Source of the DNA: Clostridiales bacterium | Lineage (GTDB): Bacteria; Bacillota; Clostridia; Christensenellales; UBA1242 | Assembly: GCA_015069415.1 (NCBI GenBank) | Contig: SVIQ01000005.1 | Coordinates: 27,415 to 91,414 of the forward strand | Length of the DNA: 64,000 nucleotides | Reading direction: 5' to 3' | In this document: in pieces, positions 56,792 through 64,000 of the stretch | How positions within the stretch are numbered: position 1 is the stretch's first letter | Layout of the letters: every line of letters begins with the position of its first letter | Notes under the pieces: model-generated | What the model was told of the DNA's origin: nothing | The model's database searches: none | Seen by the model: only the letters and a program-made list of their open reading frames with translations | Made by a program: the position numbers and the translations under genes

Positions 56792-58696
56792 ATGAGGAAA
56801 TTTAAGACTTTTTACAATATATATTCAATGCAAAAGCGCTTTGTTGCTCTTTTGCTTATAATCCTTGTCTTGTTTGTTAGTCTACTTGCAAGGATTTTTT
56901 ATTTGCAAATTATTACAGGAAAACATTTGCAAGCAATGGCAAGTGAGGAGTGGCTAAGAGATCTCCCTTTGAGTAGCAAGCGTGGTGAAATTTACGATTC
57001 AAACGGAGTGAGCCTTGCAACAACAATCACTACATATGATGTGTATGTTAGAGCAAGAAATGTTGAAAATGCTCAGGAACTAGCATCTGCCTTAAGTTCT
57101 AGATTAAACTTAGATTTTGATAACGTTTTGAAAAAAATTACAAACATTAAGCAAAGCGAAGTGTTAATTAAGATGCAAGTAGATGAAAATGTAGCAAAAG
57201 CTTTAACGAAGTATCCTGGAGTTTGCCTTTCTCAAAATGTAGCAAGAGTTTACCCATATTCTAATCTTCTAACTCAAGTTTTGGGCTATTGCACTATTGA
57301 CAACATAGGACAAGCGGGGCTTGAAAGCTACTATGATAAATACTTGAAAGGAATAGACGGAAAAAGTTTGACTCAAACAAATGCGCAAGGTAAGGAAATT
57401 GATAATTCGCTAGACTATTATATACCAAGTGTAGCGGGAGCGAATTTAACAACTACAATAGATGTTCAAATGCAAGCAATTTTAGAAAAAGAACTTTCTG
57501 TCGCTTTAGAAGAAAACAAAGCGTTAGGAGTTAGTGGGATAATAATGGACGCTAAAACTGGCGGAATTAAGGCAATGACATGCCTTCCATCTTTTGATTT
57601 AAATGATGTCCCTAGAAATGATATAAATTTACTTCAGTCAATGACCAAAAATTCAACAGTTGTAGATGTTTATGAACCTGGAAGTACGTTTAAACTTATT
57701 ACATTAGCATCTGCGTTAAATGAAGGATTAACAAACGAAAATGAGAGATTTTTTTGTGGTGGTAGATGTACTGTAGATGGCGAAACAATTAAATGCTGGA
57801 AATCTACAGGTCACGGAAGTTTAAATCTAACAGAAGCATTCAAAAATAGTTGTAACTGTGTTTTTGTTCAACTGGCTTTACGTTTGGGAGTTGAAAAATA
57901 CTATGAGTATCTAGACTTGTTTGGAATAGGAGAAAAAACGGGAATTGACATTTCAAGTGAGTCTAGCGGAATAGTCATGAATAAAGATAGTGTTAAAGTT
58001 GTTGATTTGGCGAGAATCGGATTTGGACATGCGGTGGCGGTCACCGAATTGCAAATGGCTAGTGTTTATGCAAAAATTACAACAGGTTATGATGTTACTC
58101 CGCATATATTAAACGAAATTAAAACTGAAAACCGAACATTGTACAAAACAAATCTGACTAAATCAAAGTTAGAGCTAAAGGAGAGCACTATAAAACTTGT
58201 TAATTCAATGCTATCGAATAATGTGAATAGTGAAGAAAACTTAACATTTGTTGCGGGCTTTGATGTAGGAGGGAAAACCGGCACGGCTCAAAAATACGCA
58301 GAAAACGGAAGCATAGCAACTGGGAAATATATATCAAGTTTTATAGGAACATTTCCTGCTAGTAATCCGGATTATGTGTTAATAGTTTGCATCAACGAAC
58401 CAAGCGCAGGTGCATACTACGGAGGTGTGGTTGCTAAACCTGTTGGACAAAGAGTTTTTAATTCTATTTTTGAAATTAAAGCAATCGAACCAACGGATGA
58501 AACGCAAAAATCTCTTGTGCCAACGATTGAAATGCCTAATTTAGTAGGCTTGACCGTAGCGGAAGCGTCTGCAAAACTTAAAACCTTAGGATTGAACGCA
58601 AACTACAGCAGTGAGGGAGAATATGTTTTAAGCCAACTACCTCCAATGGGTACTAAATTGTTTTTGGGAGAAATAGTTTATTTGATTTTAGGATAA
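56792..58696 (+). CDS. class B penicillin-binding protein (FtsI/PBP2B/SpoVD type) with one C-terminal PASTA domain
   Basis: GSTFK, SCN (SxN), KTGT, and a PASTA-like tail MPNLVGLTVAEASAKLKTLGL. The start is uncertain (56792 or 56828). Confidence 0.85.
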   Translation: MRKFKTFYNIYSMQKRFVALLLIILVLFVSLLARIFYLQIITGKHLQAMASEEWLRDLPLSSKRGEIYDSNGVSLATTITTYDVYVRARNVENAQELASALSSRLNLDFDNVLKKITNIKQSEVLIKMQVDENVAKALTKYPGVCLSQNVARVYPYSNLLTQVLGYCTIDNIGQAGLESYYDKYLKGIDGKSLTQTNAQGKEIDNSLDYYIPSVAGANLTTTIDVQMQAILEKELSVALEENKALGVSGIIMDAKTGGIKAMTCLPSFDLNDVPRNDINLLQSMTKNSTVVDVYEPGSTFKLITLASALNEGLTNENERFFCGGRCTVDGETIKCWKSTGHGSLNLTEAFKNSCNCVFVQLALRLGVEKYYEYLDLFGIGEKTGIDISSESSGIVMNKDSVKVVDLARIGFGHAVAVTELQMASVYAKITTGYDVTPHILNEIKTENRTLYKTNLTKSKLELKESTIKLVNSMLSNNVNSEENLTFVAGFDVGGKTGTAQKYAENGSIATGKYISSFIGTFPASNPDYVLIVCINEPSAGAYYGGVVAKPVGQRVFNSIFEIKAIEPTDETQKSLVPTIEMPNLVGLTVAEASAKLKTLGLNANYSSEGEYVLSQLPPMGTKLFLGEIVYLILG

Positions 58697-58768
58697 CATT
58701 TTGTCTAATTTTGTAAGCGGAATGCTAATCTTCTTTTTATATGCTACATTAGAAACAAGGAGTGTTTT

Positions 58769-60232
58769 ATGAAGCTGTATGAAATAATATCAAATATGAA
58801 GTTTGTTGGGATAAAAAATTACAAAGATGTCGACATTGATGCTTTAACTTGTGACAGCAAAGAAATTGTTAATAATGGAATATATTTTTGTATTAAGGGA
58901 ATGAATTTTGATGGTCATGACTTTGCTGAGGAGAGTTTATCTAACGGTGCTGTCTGCTTAGTAGTTGAAAAGTACTTAAATCTTCCTGTTCCTCAAATTT
59001 GTGTTAACAATGTGAGAGTTGCAATGTCTTACATTAGTTCAATCTTTTTTGAAACGTATAAATCCAATATGAAGTTTGTGGGAATTACTGGAACTAATGG
59101 GAAAACAACTACAACATATATCATAAAAGAAATATTGTCAAAAATGGGCAAATCTGTTGGATTAATCGGAACAGAGGGAATTCATATTAACAAATTGTCA
59201 CTTCCTGCAATGCTCACAACTCCCGATCCTATTGCTCTTCATAAGGTTATTAGAGAAATGGAAAGTAACGGCTGTGAGTACTGCGTTATGGAAGTTAGTG
59301 CTCATGCAATAGCATTGAACAAAATTGATAATATTTTTTACGATGTAGTTGCTTTAACCAATATAACAAAAGATCATTTAGATTTCTTTCACACTATGGA
59401 GAACTATGCAAAAGCTAAACAGTCTTTGTTTGATTACAAGCATGCTAAATCCGGTGTTGTAAACATTGATGCAAAATATGGCAAAGAAACAATGAAAAAA
59501 TCGAGCATTGAAGTTTTGTCAGTTGGAAAAGATGCTCGAGTTTCAATTGTTGGACAAATATATTCTTTAAAGGGAACTCAATTTAAAATTAAAATCAATG
59601 ACAAAATTTACTTAGGAAACACTAATCTAATTGGAGAATACAATTTGTATAATCTAATTACAGCTATTTCATGTTTGATAAATTTAGGGTTTGAAATTTC
59701 GACTCTGTTAGATGTTGTAAAAGATTGTGAATTTTTTGTACCTGGAAGGTTAAACATTTTAAATACAGACACAGATTATAAAGTAGTTATTGATTACGCA
59801 CACACTCCAGACGGAATAAAAAATGTACTTTCTGCAATAAAATCATTAAACAAAGGTAAAGGAAATATTATTACTGTTTTTGGATGCGGAGGGAACAGAG
59901 ATAAAACAAAGAGAAGTGAAATGGGATCGGTGGCGGTTAATTTGAGTGATCAAGTAATTGTTACTAGCGACAATCCTAGAAATGAAAATCCTGACATGAT
60001 AATTGACGACATTACAAAGAATTTAAATGGGCTTGATTATCTTCGTATTGTAGACAGAAAAGAAGCGATAGAGTATGCATTAAGCATTGCTGAAGCAAAT
60101 GATATAATTGCAATTTTGGGTAAAGGGGCAGAAACCTATCAAGAAATTAATGGGATAAAATATCATTTTAGTGACTATGAAGTGGTAGATGAGTATTTGT
60201 ATAAAATAAAAGAGGATAAATTAAAAGCATGA
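58769..60232 (+). CDS. murE: UDP-MurNAc-L-Ala-D-Glu:meso-diaminopimelate ligase MurE
   Basis: GITGTNGKTTTTY. The DNPR motif (TSDNPRNE) is typical of DAP-adding MurE. Confidence 0.85.
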   Translation: MKLYEIISNMKFVGIKNYKDVDIDALTCDSKEIVNNGIYFCIKGMNFDGHDFAEESLSNGAVCLVVEKYLNLPVPQICVNNVRVAMSYISSIFFETYKSNMKFVGITGTNGKTTTTYIIKEILSKMGKSVGLIGTEGIHINKLSLPAMLTTPDPIALHKVIREMESNGCEYCVMEVSAHAIALNKIDNIFYDVVALTNITKDHLDFFHTMENYAKAKQSLFDYKHAKSGVVNIDAKYGKETMKKSSIEVLSVGKDARVSIVGQIYSLKGTQFKIKINDKIYLGNTNLIGEYNLYNLITAISCLINLGFEISTLLDVVKDCEFFVPGRLNILNTDTDYKVVIDYAHTPDGIKNVLSAIKSLNKGKGNIITVFGCGGNRDKTKRSEMGSVAVNLSDQVIVTSDNPRNENPDMIIDDITKNLNGLDYLRIVDRKEAIEYALSIAEANDIIAILGKGAETYQEINGIKYHFSDYEVVDEYLYKIKEDKLKA

Positions 60233-61224
60233 TAAAACTTTTACTGGCTTTTTTGACTAGTTTTTTGATTTCGGTAATTTTGATGCCATATATAATCAAG
60301 TTGCTAAAAAAAATGAGCGCTGGTCAAACTATTTTAGGTTATGTAGAGAATCATAAAGAAAAAAATGGAACTACCACAATGGGTGGGGTACTTTTTCTCA
60401 CCGTTCCACTATTTCTTTCGTTTATGTTCTTAAAGTTTGACAAGTTTTGGTTTGTAACTATATTGGTTAGCGTGTTTTTTGGCGTGCTGGGTTTTTTAGA
60501 TGACTTTTTGAAAGTTAAAAACAAGCAAAATTTAGGACTTAAACCTTATCAAAAAATTGTGGGACAACTAGGAATTTCTGTTATTTTTGCTATGTTTGTT
60601 TTCTTTTCGCAAAATGCGGGAAATATTTTTGCTCTTTTTTCGACTAAGTCAATCGATTTAAAATTTTTTGTTATTCCTTTAATTATTTTAGTTTTAATAG
60701 CTTGTTCAAACAGTGTTAATTTAACCGATGGACTCGACGGTCTTGCTGGAAATGTAAGTTTATTTTATTTAATCTTTTTCACATTGATTTCAATTGTGAT
60801 TTCAACTAAATTGTATAATGCTGGAGAAACAGGACAAATACTAACGCAAATCGAAAGTATAAACACTTTGAACATGTTATTTATTGGCTCAATACTAGCT
60901 TTTTTAATGTTTAACACTAACAAAGCAAGCATTTTCATGGGGGACGTGGGGTCTCTTTGCCTTGGTGGATATATCGGCGCAAGCGCTTGTGTTTTAGGTT
61001 TAGAGTTAATTTTACCAATACTTGGATTTTGCTTTGTTTTTAGTGCAATTTCTGTAATTATGCAAGTAATTTATTTTAAATTAACGAAAAAAAGAATTTT
61101 TAAGATGGCGCCATTTCATCATCATTTACAGTTGTCTAATTTAAGTGAACCGAAAATTGTTGCAATTTATTCTGCTGTCACTAGTGTTTTAGGAGTTATT
61201 TGCCTAATATTTTACCTTTTGTAA
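60229..61224 (+). CDS. mraY: phospho-MurNAc-pentapeptide translocase MraY
   Basis: NLTDGLDGLA, PFHHHL. Multi-pass membrane protein. Confidence 0.9.
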   Translation: MIKLLLAFLTSFLISVILMPYIIKLLKKMSAGQTILGYVENHKEKNGTTTMGGVLFLTVPLFLSFMFLKFDKFWFVTILVSVFFGVLGFLDDFLKVKNKQNLGLKPYQKIVGQLGISVIFAMFVFFSQNAGNIFALFSTKSIDLKFFVIPLIILVLIACSNSVNLTDGLDGLAGNVSLFYLIFFTLISIVISTKLYNAGETGQILTQIESINTLNMLFIGSILAFLMFNTNKASIFMGDVGSLCLGGYIGASACVLGLELILPILGFCFVFSAISVIMQVIYFKLTKKRIFKMAPFHHHLQLSNLSEPKIVAIYSAVTSVLGVICLIFYLL

Positions 61225-61256
61225 TAATTCTTAAATTAAAAAATATTATTAATTAG

Positions 61257-62570
61257 GTGAGTATGAAAAATTATTTTAAAAATAAGTTAGTTTTAGTGTA
61301 TGGTTTGTCTCTATCTGGAGAATGGGCCACAAAACTTTTATTAAGACTTAAAGCAAAAGTTTTTCTCTATGATGACGACAGAAAAAAACTAAATGGAAAA
61401 TTTAAAAATTGTTTTGTGGTGACAGAGTTAAATGAAAGTCTGATTGCAAAATTTGATTATTTAATTGTTTCTCCTTCAATAGAAAAAGATAATGAGTTTT
61501 TAACTTTAGCAAGAAATAATTATGTAAAAATAATGAGTGAATTAGAGTTTGCGTCTGCTTTTTGTAAAGATCTTGTTGCAGTCACAGGGACTAATGGTAA
61601 AACTACGACAGTTGAAATGATTAGTTCAGTCTTAAATCAAAAAAGAAAATCAGTACCTTGCGGTAATATTGGTTATCCAGTGTCAAGGGCAGTCCTTGAA
61701 AAGAAAAAGCATTTAAAAGTTGTTGAAGTTAGTAGTTTTATGATGGAAAATTCAAAAACATTTGCTCCGCATGTTGCAACAATTTTAAACATACAACCCG
61801 ACCATTTAATTAGGCATAAAACAATGGAAATTTACACGAATGAAAAAATGAAAATTTTAGATAATATTAAACCCAGTGATTACGTGGTGATAAATTTAGA
61901 TGCAAAAATTAAACCGAAAACGAACGGAAAGACAATTACATATTCTTACTCACATAATGCTGACATTTTTCTAAAAAACGGTTACATTTGCTACAAAGAT
62001 AAAAAAGTTTTGGCCGTTAATGAGTTAAAAGTTAAAGGTAAGCATAACATCTTAAATTTAATGTGTGCGATTGCTTATGGCATAATTTACAAAGTAAGTT
62101 TGAAAAAAATCAAGGAAGCGTTGATTAATTTTAAGTTGGAAAAGTATAGAGTTGAGTATGTTTCAAAAGTAAACAAGATAACATTCATTAACGATAGTAA
62201 ATCAACAAACATTGCTTCAACACTTGCATGTGTTGAAAGCGTAAAGTCTAGTATTGTGCTTTTGCTAGGAGGCTCAAAAAAAGGGTTGGATTACAAAGAG
62301 CTTTTCCTTAAACTTCCTAAAAAAGTTAGACTAATAGTGGCATTTGGCGAAATTAAGGAAGATTTAATTAATGCAAATCAAGAAAAATTCAAAATGTTGG
62401 AAGCAGAAAATTTAAAAGAAGCTTTTAATTTAGCAGTTAATCAAGCGAATCAATCGGATAGCGTTGTGCTATCTCCGGCGAGTGCTAGTTATGATGAATT
62501 TAGTAGTTACATCGAAAGAGGAATGAAATTTAATGATTTGGTGAAAGAATATGAAAATTCTAAAAAATAA
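61257..62570 (+). CDS. murD: UDP-MurNAc-L-alanine:D-glutamate ligase MurD
   Basis: VTGTNGKTTT. Position after mraY. The start is GTG at 61257 or ATG at 61263. Confidence 0.85.
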   Translation: MSMKNYFKNKLVLVYGLSLSGEWATKLLLRLKAKVFLYDDDRKKLNGKFKNCFVVTELNESLIAKFDYLIVSPSIEKDNEFLTLARNNYVKIMSELEFASAFCKDLVAVTGTNGKTTTVEMISSVLNQKRKSVPCGNIGYPVSRAVLEKKKHLKVVEVSSFMMENSKTFAPHVATILNIQPDHLIRHKTMEIYTNEKMKILDNIKPSDYVVINLDAKIKPKTNGKTITYSYSHNADIFLKNGYICYKDKKVLAVNELKVKGKHNILNLMCAIAYGIIYKVSLKKIKEALINFKLEKYRVEYVSKVNKITFINDSKSTNIASTLACVESVKSSIVLLLGGSKKGLDYKELFLKLPKKVRLIVAFGEIKEDLINANQEKFKMLEAENLKEAFNLAVNQANQSDSVVLSPASASYDEFSSYIERGMKFNDLVKEYENSKK

Positions 62571-63654
62571 GCACAGCATCATTATTGTTTTTTTAACCGT
62601 TTTGATTGCTGTGTTTGGCTGTGTGATGGTGTACAGTGCGAGCAAATACTCAGCTTTTGTTCAATATGGAAACAAGTACTTTTACCTAAAAAAACAAATA
62701 ATTGGTGTCGCCGTTGGTTTGATAGGAATGGTTGCATGTTCTTTCATAAATCACAAAATTTATAAAAAATTTTATTGGATTTTTTACATTGTTGGTTTTG
62801 TCTTTTTGGCTCTAGTTTTTGTACCCGGCCTGTCTAGGACAAGTTACGGAGCAACTCGATGGATTGGGATAGGAGGGCTCACAATTCAACCAAGCGAAAT
62901 TGCTAAATTTTGTCTAGTTTTTGCTCTTGCTGGACTAATTTCTAATGGTGATTATTTAGAAAAACCTAAAAATATATTGTTGTGTCTTGCTCTTGGTGGA
63001 GTATATTGCTTACTCATAATGCTAGAGCCGAACATGTCGATTACAATTTGCGTTGCTTTAACGCTTGTGTTTATGCTTTTTATTGGAGGAATGAGATTAA
63101 AGGTTTTTGCTTTGCTTGTAATTCCTGCAATTTTACTAGCAGTCGTTTTGATTGCAATAGAACCTTACAGACTTAGTCGTATTGTCGCCTTTATCAATCC
63201 ATGGGAAAATCCGCTGGATGAAGGGTATCAACTAATTCAGTCGTTGTACGCAATTGGTGCTGGAGGAATGTGGGGCGTTGGTCTTTTTAATTCAAGACAA
63301 GCCGAACTATTTTTACCTTTTAGCGAATCAGATTTCATTTTTTCTATCATTGCAGAAGAATTAGGTTTTGTAGGCTGTTTTGTTTTAGTAATTGCTTTCG
63401 TTCTTTTAATTGTAACGATCTTTAAAGTAGGACTTAAATCAGACAGTAAATTTTCAGCCTTCCTTTGTTTTGGAATAGGAGCAGTAATCTCAATTCAAGT
63501 TATTCTAAACATCGCCGTCGTCTCCGGCTCAATTCCACCAACAGGGCTTCCGCTTCCGTTCATCTCCGCTGGCTCAACTTCACTACTAGTTTTTATGAGT
63601 GCGATAGGAGTTGTTCTAAATGTGGATAGACAGAGTAGGAAGAGTAAAATTTAA
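62551..63654 (+). CDS. ftsW: SEDS-family peptidoglycan polymerase FtsW/SpoVE
   Basis: QPSEIAKF, GLPLPFISAGSTSLL, about 10 TM segments. Confidence 0.85.
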   Translation: MKILKNKHSIIIVFLTVLIAVFGCVMVYSASKYSAFVQYGNKYFYLKKQIIGVAVGLIGMVACSFINHKIYKKFYWIFYIVGFVFLALVFVPGLSRTSYGATRWIGIGGLTIQPSEIAKFCLVFALAGLISNGDYLEKPKNILLCLALGGVYCLLIMLEPNMSITICVALTLVFMLFIGGMRLKVFALLVIPAILLAVVLIAIEPYRLSRIVAFINPWENPLDEGYQLIQSLYAIGAGGMWGVGLFNSRQAELFLPFSESDFIFSIIAEELGFVGCFVLVIAFVLLIVTIFKVGLKSDSKFSAFLCFGIGAVISIQVILNIAVVSGSIPPTGLPLPFISAGSTSLLVFMSAIGVVLNVDRQSRKSKI

Positions 63655-63741
63655 TTTTTTATTTAAAATGTATACAAATTGTAATCAAAATGTAGACATT
63701 TTTTTATTTGTATAATATAATTAAAAAAGTGGGAGGAAAAA

Positions 63742-64000
63742 ATGGGATTTTTTAGTTTTTTTAAAAAGAAAAAAAAGAAACAAGAATACAAGTTGTCTGA
63801 AGAAGATTTGAAATGGAACAAAATGTGGGATTTATGGTGCAATGGGGAGATTGAATCTCCGTATCGTGAACTAATGGAGTACTCCGGAGGAATTAATAAT
63901 GGTGGACATCATATGCATTATGACAATATCGCGGGAAATTCAAATTTAAAAGAATATGTTGACCAGCTAGTGTTGATTTTGCCTGAACCTTTAAAATCAA
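63742..64000 (+). CDS. partial ORF, DMP19/DUF4375-like (N-terminal part, runs off the window)
   Basis: GGGAGG RBS. My translation is MGFFSFFKKKKKKQEYKLSEEDLKWNKMWDLWCNGEIESPYRELMEYSGGINNGGHHMHYDN... The Y-x-GG-I-NNGG pattern resembles DUF4375. Confidence 0.35.
   Translation, partial: MGFFSFFKKKKKKQEYKLSEEDLKWNKMWDLWCNGEIESPYRELMEYSGGINNGGHHMHYDNIAGNSNLKEYVDQLVLILPEPLKS

Overview
This is a low-G+C (about 30% by eye) Bacillota-type chromosomal segment using the standard code: TGA acts as a stop, and the one tRNA is Trp with anticodon CCA. I count about 65 protein genes and one tRNA. I found no rRNA, CRISPR array, IS element or prophage. Nearly everything is on the + strand, in classic Firmicute housekeeping blocks. 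In order these are: tsaE and a tsaB::rimI fusion; ddl; parE-parC-like topoisomerase; ylmC; nrdR; a PAP2 phosphatase; an ABC-F ATPase; yqfC-yqfD-ybeY::era-yqzL-recO; ppdK; patatin-pta-ackA; rpmF-methyltransferase-plsX-rnc; rpoZ-priA-def-fmt-rlmN; rpe-rsmE-mtaB-HIT; rpsU; pcrA-ligA; a UDG-family gene; smc-ftsY-[insert]-ylxM-ffh; rpsP-khpA; and a compact dcw cluster (rsmH-ftsL-PBP-murE-mraY-murD-ftsW). Sporulation-type genes (ylmC/ymxH, yqfC, yqfD, ylbJ-like) suggest a spore-former lineage, while several operons look collapsed or fused, consistent with a streamlined genome. There are three small minus-strand islets (1927-4121, 20814-23013, 52137-54479). Together with one insertion inside the SRP operon (47629-48707), they hold the non-canonical content. 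The items most worth a second look are listed here. (1) A G+C-rich tandem duplication of a 107-bp unit with a 53-nt, 91%-identical core, directly after ftsY and upstream of an inserted NUDIX plus deoxyribosyltransferase-like gene pair. (2) A MurF-like ligase whose N-terminal domain is replaced by transmembrane helices. (3) An ABC-F protein with a degenerate second ATP site. (4) A Cys-capped, beta-rich orphan protein and a 401-aa orphan flanking a solitary tRNA-Trp at a synteny break. All family calls rest on motif recognition by eye, since no database search was possible. Start codons are best guesses.
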